Shown here: positions 7,352-17,770 of the stretch, piece by piece
How positions within the stretch are numbered: the first letter of the stretch is position 1
Layout: each line of letters opens with the position of its first letter
From: Deinococcus radiodurans R1 = ATCC 13939 = DSM 20539
GTDB lineage: Bacteria; Deinococcota; Deinococci; Deinococcales; Deinococcaceae
Length of the DNA: 32,000 nucleotides
Direction: 5' to 3'
Assembly (NCBI RefSeq): GCF_000008565.1
Contig: NC_001263.1
Span: 1,700,603 to 1,732,602, forward strand
The notes under the pieces: generated by a model
Told to the model about the DNA's origin: nothing
Database searches by the model: none
The model's input: the letters and a program-made list of their open reading frames with translations, nothing else
Position numbers and translations under genes: made by a program

Positions 7352-7963
7352 ATGCCGAAAGTGATTGCCATCACGTCAGAGAAAGGCGGCGTGGGCAAAA
7401 GCACGCTGGCCGTTCATCTCACGGGCGCCCTGATCGAGCGCGGGCTTGACGCTGCGCTCATCGACGAGGACGGGCGGGTGGGCAGTTCGCTGCGCTGGGC
7501 GCGCCGCCGTGAGGAGGGCCTGGGCTTTCCGGTGCTGGACGCCGACGAGGTGAAGCCCAAGAAGCTGGCCGCGCTCGACGCCGTGCTCATCGACACCGAG
7601 GGCCGGCCCCGGCGCAAGGACCTGCGGGCGCTGGCCGAGCGCGCCGACCTGATTCTGATTCCGAGCGGCCCGACCATGCTGGAACTGGAAGCCACCCGCG
7701 AGCTGCTGGACTTTTTCGAGGACGAGGGCGCCGCCCGTCGGGTGCGGGTGGTTCTGACCCGCGTGCCCCCCACTGGGCAGGCCGGCGAGCAAGCGCGCGA
7801 AGACCTGCGCGACGACGGCTGGACCGTATGCAACACGGCGCTGCGTTCGTACACCGTCTACCAGAAAGCCGCCGAGCTGGGCGCCCTGTGCCGCGACGTG
7901 CGCGACCCCCGCGCCGAACAGGCCTGGGACGACGTGCTGCGGCTCTCGCGGGAGGTGCTGTGA
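7352..7963 (+). CDS. Small ParA/ParF-type (type Ib-like) deviant Walker A ATPase
   Basis: 203 aa. VIAITSEKGGVGKSTLAVHL (KGGxxGKS/T with the signature Lys), plus DAVLIDTEG and LILIPSGP. Confidence 0.85.
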   Translation: MPKVIAITSEKGGVGKSTLAVHLTGALIERGLDAALIDEDGRVGSSLRWARRREEGLGFPVLDADEVKPKKLAALDAVLIDTEGRPRRKDLRALAERADLILIPSGPTMLELEATRELLDFFEDEGAARRVRVVLTRVPPTGQAGEQAREDLRDDGWTVCNTALRSYTVYQKAAELGALCRDVRDPRAEQAWDDVLRLSREVL

Positions 7964-8202
7964 TGGCCCGCTTCGCTTACCTGACCGACGACGGCAAGGC
8001 CAAGAAAAGCAAGAAAAAGAAGAGCGCCAAAAAGACCCCCGCCCCCGATGGCCGCGGCCAGAACGAGGAGCGGGTCGAGCCGGTCTACGTCCGCAAGGAA
8101 ACGGTGCGGGCGGTGTGGCGCGAGGTGAAAAAAGAAGGCGGCGAGAGCGTAAGCGAGCTCGTCGAAGACCTGCTGCTCCAGTGGCTGCGCGAGCGGGCGT
8201 AG
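7963..8202 (+). CDS. 79-aa ParG-like partner: Lys-rich N-terminal tail plus a predicted ribbon-helix-helix
   Basis: ATG 7963 overlaps the parA-like stop (TGATG). MARFAYLTDDGKAKKSKKKKSAKK tail. VYVRKETVRAVWREV...SELVEDLLLQWL fits strand-helix-helix. Confidence 0.6.
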   Translation: MARFAYLTDDGKAKKSKKKKSAKKTPAPDGRGQNEERVEPVYVRKETVRAVWREVKKEGGESVSELVEDLLLQWLRERA

Positions 8203-8231
8203 GCGGAGCGTCCACGCCTACCCCACGCACG

Positions 8232-8237
8232 TACAAT
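8232..8237 (+). promoter_or_regulatory. -10 box TACAAT (leaderless-type)
   Basis: 8 nt upstream of ATG 8246. Confidence 0.45.
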
Positions 8238-8245
8238 GCCCGGCG

Positions 8246-9133
<888 letters not shown>

Positions 9134-9136
9134 GCG

Positions 9137-10072
9137 TCACGGCAGCGCTGTGCGGCCCACTTCCTGCCCTGTTTTGTCGAGTTCGACGAGTTCCCGGCCC
9201 GCCACGTAAAGTAGCCCGCCCTCCGGAGTCCAGGCGGCGGGGCCGCTCACGCCTTCCGGGCGCAGCACCCCCTCGCGGCGCCCGGTCTGGGCGTCGCGGC
9301 GTTCCAGGCGGCCTGCCGTCAGCACCCACACGCCGCCGTCGGGCAGAGGAAATCCCATCGCGCCCTCCGCCCCGCGCAGCACCGCCGTCGCCGGGTGGCC
9401 CTCGCGCAGAGCGTAGAGGACGGGGCCGGCCTGGACCACGGCGCCCCGCTGGTCCCGGCTGAACTGCACGTCTTGCAGCGGACAGGCCACCTCGCAGCGC
9501 ACGCCGGACAGCACCGCGCCGTCAGCCACGTTCACGAGTTGCACGCGGCTACCGTCGCCCATCACCGCCCGCCGACCATCCGGCGCCGTCGCCAGCCCCG
9601 TCACCGCGCCAGGCCGCAGCAGCGTGCGCGCCTGGGTGTTCAGGTCGAGCTGTTCCAGCCCACGCGCTCCGGCGAGCAGCAGCGTGCTGTCGTTCAGGAA
9701 AGCCACCCGCCGCGCCGGCTCGGGCAGCGCCACTCTCCGCCAGAGCTGCCCGTCACTCTGTTGCTCGGCATCCAGCCGCCAAACGGTCACCGAGGCTCGC
9801 CCACTGACCAGCACCACTTTGCCCGACGGACTGACGCGCAGGCCCTGGCAATCTTCGGGCAGCGGCAAACGCTGAGGCGCCGCCGACGTTGACAGCGTCC
9901 AGAGCGACGTGCCCGCGCAGACCAGCCGCGTCCCACCGGGCAGGGCAGCCAGGCCAGCGACGGCTGCGGGTGCTGGCCCCTGCGCGGTGGTTCCTGGCGA
10001 CGCAGGCGCCTGCGCCAGGGCCAGCGAACACAGCAGCGAGAGGGCGGTGGGCCACAGGCGGGGCAACTTCAT
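9137..10072 (-). CDS. Secreted beta-propeller-like hypothetical protein
   Basis: 311 aa. Signal peptide MKLPRLWPTALSLLCSLALAQA. Repetitive Gly/Val/Leu-rich strand-like segments. Confidence 0.65.
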   Translation of the reverse strand: MKLPRLWPTALSLLCSLALAQAPASPGTTAQGPAPAAVAGLAALPGGTRLVCAGTSLWTLSTSAAPQRLPLPEDCQGLRVSPSGKVVLVSGRASVTVWRLDAEQQSDGQLWRRVALPEPARRVAFLNDSTLLLAGARGLEQLDLNTQARTLLRPGAVTGLATAPDGRRAVMGDGSRVQLVNVADGAVLSGVRCEVACPLQDVQFSRDQRGAVVQAGPVLYALREGHPATAVLRGAEGAMGFPLPDGGVWVLTAGRLERRDAQTGRREGVLRPEGVSGPAAWTPEGGLLYVAGRELVELDKTGQEVGRTALP

Positions 10073-10079
10073 GACTCCG

Positions 10080-10085
10080 AGTGTA
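10080..10085 (-). promoter_or_regulatory. -10 box TACACT (leaderless-type)
   Basis: 7 nt upstream of ATG 10072 on the minus strand. Confidence 0.45.
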
Positions 10086-10113
10086 GAGGCGCAGCAGATG
10101 AGACGGGCGGCAA

Positions 10114-10149
10114 GAAAAAAGCCCGGACCCGTGACAGGACCGGACTTGC
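10114..10149 (-). terminator. Probable intrinsic terminator of glgC
   Basis: Minus-strand RNA AAGUCCGG...CCGGGCUU is an imperfect hairpin followed by UUUUUUCUU (A-run 10114-10120 on the plus strand). Confidence 0.5.
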
Positions 10150-10164
10150 AAAGAATTCAGCAGC

Positions 10165-11406
<1,242 letters not shown>

Positions 11407-11409
11407 GGG

Positions 11410-11467
11410 GACCCCCGAAAGATGAAGACGGCAGCAAGAAAGGAAGAGGGGCACTCGACCCCCGAAA
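11410..11467 (-). promoter_or_regulatory. Two exact 11-nt direct repeats in the glgC leader
   Basis: GACCCCCGAAA at 11410-11420 and 11457-11467 (UUUCGGGGGUC in the mRNA). The proximal copy ends 3 nt before the ATG and supplies the only G-rich SD-like tract. Confidence 0.35.
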
Positions 11468-11652
11468 TGCACTGCACTTTCCCGTCAGACTGTCGTCCTC
11501 ACTCTACCGCCGACCCCGTGGCCCGGAATCAGCGAGTAGGTGAACCTTTCCAGGCAACTCCTGACGAGCGGGAATACAAAAGACGCGTCCCAGCGCTACT
11601 TTTTTGACTTAGCTTGTAAGTCGGCAAACCAAGTCTGAACTTTTCCGCAAGG

Positions 11653-12573
11653 TCAACTCGGCGCCCCGGAACGCTCCAGAAACGCCCGCAGGTGCGCCTC
11701 TGCCGCGTCCGGCGATTGCACCTCGGCCCCGAGCTGACGGCGCATCCAGGTGAGCTGCCGTTTGCCGTACTGCCGGGTCGCCAGGGCGATGGCTTGCTCG
11801 GCGCCTGCGAGGCTCAGGCGGCCCTGCGCCACCGCCAGCGCCTCGGCGTACCCGAGCGCCTGCCACACCGTCGGGCGCGGCTCCTGCTCCGGCGGCACCT
11901 GCCCGGCGAGCCACTGCGCCTCCTGCGGCCAGCCGGCGCGCAGCATGGCGGCGGTGCGCTCCTGCACCCGCTGTTCCATCTCGGCGGCGGGCGGCGAAAA
12001 GGCAAACACCTGATACTGGAAAGCGGGTGGCGAGTACCCGAACTCACCGGGAAAACGCCCGGCAGCGCGGTAGACCTCCAGCGCCCGGACCACCCGGCGT
12101 GGGTTGCGCTCCATGCGGGCGGCCTCGGCAGGATTGGCCTGCTCGATTTCGGCGAGCAGCGCGTCCAGCCCGCGTTCCTGTAACTCGGCTTCGAGGGCGG
12201 CGCGCATCTTCGGGTCACTCGGCGGCGTGAGCGGCAGCCCCCGGCTGAGCGCACTGAGGTAAAAGCCGGTGCCGCCCACGACCAGCGGCAGCCGCCCCCG
12301 CGCCAGGATGTCCACGATGGCGGCCTCGGCCTGCGCCGCGTACTGCGCCACGTCGTAGCTCTGCGTCACGTCGACCACGTCAAGCAGATGGTGGGGGACG
12401 CTCGCCCGCTCCTGCGGCGTCGGCTTGGCAGTGCCGAGGTCGAGGCCCCGGTACACCGTGAAGGCGTCGGCGGCAACGATCTCGAGTCCGTACTCCCGCG
12501 CCAGCCGCAGCGCCAGCGCCGTTTTGCCCGCAGCGGTGGGAGCAGTCAGGACGGGGATGAGCGGGGCAGCCAT
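11653..12573 (-). CDS. miaA: tRNA dimethylallyltransferase
   Basis: 306 aa from ATG 12573 (the track offers GTG 12612). P-loop TAPTAAGKTALAL, plus TVYRGLDLGTAKP and PLVVGGTGFY. Confidence 0.9.
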   Translation of the reverse strand: MAAPLIPVLTAPTAAGKTALALRLAREYGLEIVAADAFTVYRGLDLGTAKPTPQERASVPHHLLDVVDVTQSYDVAQYAAQAEAAIVDILARGRLPLVVGGTGFYLSALSRGLPLTPPSDPKMRAALEAELQERGLDALLAEIEQANPAEAARMERNPRRVVRALEVYRAAGRFPGEFGYSPPAFQYQVFAFSPPAAEMEQRVQERTAAMLRAGWPQEAQWLAGQVPPEQEPRPTVWQALGYAEALAVAQGRLSLAGAEQAIALATRQYGKRQLTWMRRQLGAEVQSPDAAEAHLRAFLERSGAPS

Positions 12574-12583
12574 AGCGCCGGTC

Positions 12584-12589
12584 AGTGTA
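12584..12589 (-). promoter_or_regulatory. -10 box TACACT
   Basis: 10 nt upstream of ATG 12573. It is part of a 13-mer identical to the one upstream of dusA. Confidence 0.4.
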
Positions 12590-12638
12590 GGGCAGCGCTC
12601 CGTTCTTGGCACGCGACAGTCTCAGGGCAGCGACCTGC

Positions 12639-12644
12639 TACCCT
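12639..12644 (+). promoter_or_regulatory. -10 box TACCCT (leaderless-type)
   Basis: 6 nt upstream of ATG 12651. Confidence 0.4.
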
Positions 12645-12650
12645 CCGGCC

Positions 12651-13106
12651 ATGTCGCAGAGCAACAACGAATCCGGCAAGCCGGTGCTGGCGAGGCTGCA
12701 ACAGCTGATGACGCTCCGTGAGGAAGTCGAGACGCTGGCGCAGGGCGGCCCCTGGACCCCCGCCGCCGACTGGCGCGACGCGGGCACCCACCTCGACCTG
12801 CTGCTCGACGTGCCGGGCGTGGACGCGGGCACCCTGGCCCTCGCCGAAGACGGCGGGCAACTGACCGTGAGCGGCGAGCGCCCCGGCACCGAGCACTTGC
12901 TGCGCAGCGAGCGCCCGAGTGGCCGCTTCGTCCGTGAGCTGGCCTTTCCCGAGCCGGTGCGCCCTGCCTCGGGGGTCGCCAGTCTGGCCGGCGGCGTGCT
13001 TACCGTCCGCTTCGAGAAGCTGCGTCCCACCATCGACGTGACGGCTCGCCCCGCGCCCGGAGATCCGGAAGCCAGCACAGAAACCAGTCCTGACGAAGAC
13101 CGCTGA
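12651..13106 (+). CDS. Hsp20/alpha-crystallin family small heat-shock protein
   Basis: 151 aa from ATG 12651. The alpha-crystallin domain reads DWRDAGTHLDLLLDVPGVD...LTVSGER...GRFVRELAFPEPV...GVLTVRFEK. Confidence 0.85.
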   Translation: MSQSNNESGKPVLARLQQLMTLREEVETLAQGGPWTPAADWRDAGTHLDLLLDVPGVDAGTLALAEDGGQLTVSGERPGTEHLLRSERPSGRFVRELAFPEPVRPASGVASLAGGVLTVRFEKLRPTIDVTARPAPGDPEASTETSPDEDR

Positions 13107-13114
13107 TATGCATT

Positions 13115-13147
13115 CGGATTGAATCCAAAACAATTGGATTCAATCCG
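13115..13147. repeat. Perfect 14-bp inverted repeat (possible hsp20 3' hairpin and repeat-element end)
   Basis: CGGATTGAATCCAA (13115-13128), loop AACAA, TTGGATTCAATCCG (13134-13147). Each arm contains its own GGATT.AATCC palindrome. No U-tract follows. Confidence 0.8.
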
Positions 13148-13240
13148 AGCGGAGCGAGTGGGAACGGAGAGGGATTTCGCGGTATGGAAGCACAGGCGGC
13201 GCCTCTTCCGCTTGTGCTGAAATGGAGTGGAATCCGTACG
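13147..13240 (+). repeat. Small non-coding repeat (GAGCGGAGCGAGTG family)
   Basis: The 14-mer GAGCGGAGCGAGTG (13147-13160) recurs exactly at 23114-23127. The ACGGAGA and AATGGAG blocks appear in the same order in both copies. Confidence 0.55.
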
Positions 13241-13359
13241 GGCGGGCGGACACGGAGGCAGTAACACCCCGCTCCACATCGCAGCGGCGCGGGGTGCGGT
13301 TTATACTGGGTTCAAGAACATTTGACCCGTCCCGTCCCGCTGGGGGCGCCCCACTGGTC

Positions 13360-13377
13360 GTGCCAGTTGTGCCAGTT
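13360..13377 (+). repeat. Exact tandem 9-mer GTGCCAGTT x2 upstream of fadD
   Basis: 13360-13368 and 13369-13377. Preceded by ACTGG (13353-13357), the complement of the CCAGT in each unit. Confidence 0.7.
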
Positions 13378-13460
13378 TCTCACGCGCTCCGGGCGGGCGG
13401 CCTGCCTGCTCCACGGCGGCCCGGCCCTTTGCTTCCTGCTTTCCCCACTTTAGGAGTCCT

Positions 13461-15215
13461 ATGACCTCAATTCCTGCTGTTCCCGCTGCTCCGTCCGGTT
13501 CCCTGCCCCGGCCCTGGCTCACCTCCTACGAACCCGGCGTGCCGCAAGACCTCGCGCCCAGCAGCCGCACCCTCTACCGCCTGCTCGAAGACGCGGCCAC
13601 CCGCTACCCCAACCGCGAGGCGCTGCAATTCCTGGGTCAGGGCACCACCTTCCGCGAGCTGCTCAAGCGGGTGCGCCGCTTTGCCAAGGCGCTGCAACGC
13701 TCGGGCGTGCAGCAGGGTGACCGGGTGGCGATCATGCTGCCCAACTGCCCGCAGTTCGTGGTGGCCTTCTACGGCACCCTGCTGGCGGGCGCAGTGGTCG
13801 TGAACACCAGCCCGCTCTACACCGCCGCCGAACTCGAGCACCAGCTCAGCGACTCGGGCAGCGAAACGCTGGTCATTCTCGACAGCCTGTATCCGCGCTA
13901 CGCCGAAGTTGCGGACAAGGTGCCGGTCAAGCGCGTGCTGGTCAGCCGCATTCAGGACGAGCTGCCGTTCCCCAAGAACCTGCTCTTTCCTATCAAGGCG
14001 CTGAAGGAAGGCACGCTGGCGAGCGACTCGTTCAAGCGCAATCCCCGCGCCGTGCCGATGCGCTTCGTCACGAAGCTGCAAGACCCCGACCCGGTGTCGG
14101 TGCCGATCACGGCGGACGACGTGGCGCTGCTGCAATACACCGGCGGCACCACCGGCGTGCCCAAGGGCGCGATGCTGACCCACCGCAACCTGGTGGCGAA
14201 CGCCGAACAGTGCCGCTCGTGGATGGTCGGGCTGCAAGAGGGCCGCGAAATCACCATGGCCGCCATTCCCTTTTTCCACGTGTACGGCATGACGGTCGCC
14301 ATGAACCTGAGCATGCTGATCGGCGCCACGCTGGTGCTGGTGCCCAACGCCCGCGACATCAAGATGGTGCTCGACGAAATCTCGCGCACCCGCGCCACCA
14401 TCTTCCCCGGCGTGCCCACGCTCTACAACGCCATCAACAACCATCCCGACACCGCCGCGCACGACCTGACCACCATCCGGGCGTGTATCAGCGGCTCGGC
14501 GCCTCTGATGCAGGACACCGCCCGCACCTTCCGTGAAATCACCCAGGGCGCCAACCTGGTCGAAGGGTACGGCCTGACCGAAACCAGCCCGGTCACGCAC
14601 GTCAACCCCATCACCGGCGAGCAGAAGGAAGGCTCCATCGGCCTGCCGCTGCCGGGCGTGGACGCGCTCATCATGGACGACGCGGGCCAGCCGGTGCCGA
14701 CCGGCGAAGTCGGCGAGCTGTGGGTGGCCGGCCCGATGGTCATGAAGGGCTACTGGAACATGCCCGATGAAACCGCCAAGGTGCTGCGCGAGTACGCCGG
14801 CAAGACCTGGCTGCTGACCGGCGACATGGCGACGATGGACGAGCAGGGCTTTTTCCGCATCGTGGACCGCAAGAAAGAGCTGATTATCGCGGGCGGCCAC
14901 AACATCTACCCCCGCGAAGTCGAAGAAGTGCTGACCTCGCACCCCGCCGTGCTCGAAGCCGCCGCCGTGGGGCTGCCCGACCCTTACCGTGGCGAGACCG
15001 TGCACGCGGTGGTGGCGCTCAAGCCCGGCATGCAGGCCACCGAGAAGGAAATCATCGCCTACTGCCGCACCCTGCTCAGCGCCTACAAAGCGCCACGCAG
15101 CGTGGAATTCCGCGACGAGCTGCCCAAGACGGCGGTCGGCAAGACCCTGCGCCGCCAGCTCGCTGCCGAGGCCCGTGAGCGACTGAAGAAGGAAAAGGCT
15201 GAGAAGTCGGCCTGA
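13461..15215 (+). CDS. fadD: Long-chain-fatty-acid--CoA ligase
   Basis: 584 aa. AMP-binding signature [20 protein letters not shown], plus [15 protein letters not shown] and [18 protein letters not shown] 5 nt upstream. Confidence 0.9.
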   Translation: MTSIPAVPAAPSGSLPRPWLTSYEPGVPQDLAPSSRTLYRLLEDAATRYPNREALQFLGQGTTFRELLKRVRRFAKALQRSGVQQGDRVAIMLPNCPQFVVAFYGTLLAGAVVVNTSPLYTAAELEHQLSDSGSETLVILDSLYPRYAEVADKVPVKRVLVSRIQDELPFPKNLLFPIKALKEGTLASDSFKRNPRAVPMRFVTKLQDPDPVSVPITADDVALLQYTGGTTGVPKGAMLTHRNLVANAEQCRSWMVGLQEGREITMAAIPFFHVYGMTVAMNLSMLIGATLVLVPNARDIKMVLDEISRTRATIFPGVPTLYNAINNHPDTAAHDLTTIRACISGSAPLMQDTARTFREITQGANLVEGYGLTETSPVTHVNPITGEQKEGSIGLPLPGVDALIMDDAGQPVPTGEVGELWVAGPMVMKGYWNMPDETAKVLREYAGKTWLLTGDMATMDEQGFFRIVDRKKELIIAGGHNIYPREVEEVLTSHPAVLEAAAVGLPDPYRGETVHAVVALKPGMQATEKEIIAYCRTLLSAYKAPRSVEFRDELPKTAVGKTLRRQLAAEARERLKKEKAEKSA

Positions 15216-15308
15216 GCCTTTCGCGCCTTCAACAGTCCCTCGGCTCCGGCTGGGGGATTTTTCGTTGCTTCTTTTGCTTGTTTCCCTTTTGCGGGCCCAC
15301 TCCTGCCG

Positions 15309-15314
15309 TATCCT
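15309..15314 (+). promoter_or_regulatory. -10 box TATCCT (leaderless-type)
   Basis: 7 nt upstream of ATG 15322. Confidence 0.4.
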
Positions 15315-15321
15315 GCCCCTC

Positions 15322-16041
15322 ATGACCAGACCCCCCAAACGCGGCGCCGGCCCCATCAAAGGCTCTAAGGGCCGCAACCAGCAAAGCCGCCGCAACGTGC
15401 CGGTGGGCCGCGACGGTTCCACCCGCGACGCCGTGCGCCCGGTGCGCGAAACGCCCGAAGACCGTCAGGCCCGCAGCGAAGGCCGGGTGCAGCGCGACCC
15501 CAATTTCAAGCCTGCCGAGGGCAAAAGCGGCGCCCGCCCGGCCCGCAGCGGCGGCGGCCAACAGAGCAAAGTGGGCCTGCGTGGCGAGGACTTCCGCTTT
15601 ACTAGCGGCGGCCCGCGTAAGGCCCCGCCCAAACTCGGCAGCAAAAAAGCCCTGCCCGAGCTCAAGCGGGTGCAGCTCGACGCCCCGGCGCCCGAAACCA
15701 CCTTCCGCGACCTCGACGGCGAAAAGGTGACCTTCCCCGACAGCAACCTGCGCCGGGTGGCGGCCCGGATTCTGGCCGAGCGGCACAAGCCCTGGCGCTT
15801 CCGGCCCTTCGCCTTTCCCCTGTTTACCGACAAGGGCCACGAGCAGAACTTTCACTTCGACTTCTACATCTACGACCCCGAAGGCAGCGTGATTCGGCTG
15901 ATTCTGGTCGTGCCACACGAATCGCGCGAGGTCTGGGACAAGGTGGGGCGCTTCAAGCGGCAGTACCCGATGTACACCTACGAACTGTGGACGCCCGAGA
16001 AGCTGGCGCAGTTCCAGAAGGGCGGCAAGCTGGGCTGGTGA
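15322..16041 (+). CDS. Hypothetical protein: ~120-aa Lys/Arg/Gly-rich disordered N-terminus plus a ~115-aa globular C-terminal domain
   Basis: 239 aa from ATG 15322, in a coding-like GC3 frame. The C-terminal part reads [11 protein letters not shown]...[31 protein letters not shown]. Confidence 0.6.
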   Translation: MTRPPKRGAGPIKGSKGRNQQSRRNVPVGRDGSTRDAVRPVRETPEDRQARSEGRVQRDPNFKPAEGKSGARPARSGGGQQSKVGLRGEDFRFTSGGPRKAPPKLGSKKALPELKRVQLDAPAPETTFRDLDGEKVTFPDSNLRRVAARILAERHKPWRFRPFAFPLFTDKGHEQNFHFDFYIYDPEGSVIRLILVVPHESREVWDKVGRFKRQYPMYTYELWTPEKLAQFQKGGKLGW

Positions 16042-16054
16042 ACGCTGCCCAACC

Positions 16055-16096
16055 GGGGACCGGCAGAGCAAATGCTCAGGCGGCCCTCTTTTTTTT
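16055..16096 (+). terminator. Probable intrinsic terminator
   Basis: GGGGACCGGC (16055-16064) pairs imperfectly with GGCGGCCCTC (16079-16088): 2 mismatches and 1 G-U. T8 (16089-16096) follows immediately. Confidence 0.5.
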
Positions 16097-16108
16097 GGCG
16101 GCCCCTGC

Positions 16109-16114
16109 TACCCT
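16109..16114 (+). promoter_or_regulatory. -10 box TACCCT (leaderless-type)
   Basis: 7 nt upstream of GTG 16122. Confidence 0.4.
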
Positions 16115-16121
16115 GCTCCCT

Positions 16122-17351
<1,230 letters not shown>

Positions 17352-17367
17352 GAAGGGAACAGGGCCG

Positions 17368-17727
17368 ATGCTCAAGCACGTTTCCTTCCTGACCCGTGAC
17401 TTGCCTGCCATCCTCGACTTTTACGCCCGGCTCGGCGGCATCGTCGAAAAAGACCTTGTGACGCATGAGGGCCACCGCCGGGGTGTCATCCGACTGGGCG
17501 AAGGCAAGTTGCAGTTTTTTGAGGTGGCAGGCGAAACGCCCGCGCCGCACCCCCACTGGGCCGAACACATCGCCCTGCAAGTACGTGGGCTGCGTGCCCT
17601 GCTCCCCGAATTGCAGGCGGCGGGCGTGACGGTGACTCGCGACTTGCAACCCAGCCCCGGCGGGCGCGACATGGCCTTCGTGCTCGACCCGGATGGACGG
17701 CAGGTGGAGTTGCTGGAAGCGGATTAG
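17368..17727 (+). CDS. VOC/glyoxalase I family protein
   Basis: 119 aa. LKHVSFLTRDL...FY, HIALQV and FVLDPDGRQVELLE. Lies 16 nt after rlmI, so probably the same operon. Confidence 0.8.
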   Translation: MLKHVSFLTRDLPAILDFYARLGGIVEKDLVTHEGHRRGVIRLGEGKLQFFEVAGETPAPHPHWAEHIALQVRGLRALLPELQAAGVTVTRDLQPSPGGRDMAFVLDPDGRQVELLEAD

Positions 17728-17770
17728 CGTATTTGCCGGGATGAGGTTTCGCTGGGCCGGGCCTGGGTGC

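Noticed and set aside
7336-7352. TTACGCTGGGTCAGTAT upstream of the parA-like gene resembles the left half of the radiation/desiccation response motif (TTMYGY...).
   Set aside because: The right half (expected RCRKAA) reads CAGTAT, so the palindrome is absent. The TTACGCT is better explained as the -10 box.
11599-11622. T6 followed by the hairpin GACTTA-GCTTG-TAAGTC between miaA and glgC, considered as the miaA terminator.
   Set aside because: On the minus (miaA) strand the hairpin is followed by A6, not a U-tract. The stem is a weak 6-bp AT-rich one, and no plus-strand gene ends there.
12607-12624. TGGCAC-N5 resembling the -24 element of a sigma-54 promoter, upstream of hsp20.
   Set aside because: The -12 element reads AGTC rather than TTGC. 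From memory, Deinococcus lacks RpoN. A TACCCT -10 box next to the ATG explains the promoter.
13115-13160. GGATTCAATCCGAGCGGAGCGA looked like a tRNA T-arm plus acceptor 3' end.
   Set aside because: No 5-bp T-stem can be formed around a 7-nt TTCAATC loop. I could not fold any D-arm, anticodon arm or acceptor pairing upstream. The segment is one arm of a perfect palindrome instead.
13222-13464. 80-aa plus-strand ORF in the hsp20-fadD intergenic region. The 86-aa ORF at 23125-23385 is similar.
   Set aside because: Both lie inside repeat-rich non-coding sequence, lack start signals, and translate to low-complexity Arg/Pro/Gly-rich peptides.
15216-15300. T-rich stretch after fadD (GGGGGATTTTTCGTTGCTTCTTTTGC), considered as a terminator.
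   Set aside because: The preceding CGGCTCCGGCTGG is a direct repeat, not an inverted one. I could not draw a convincing stem.
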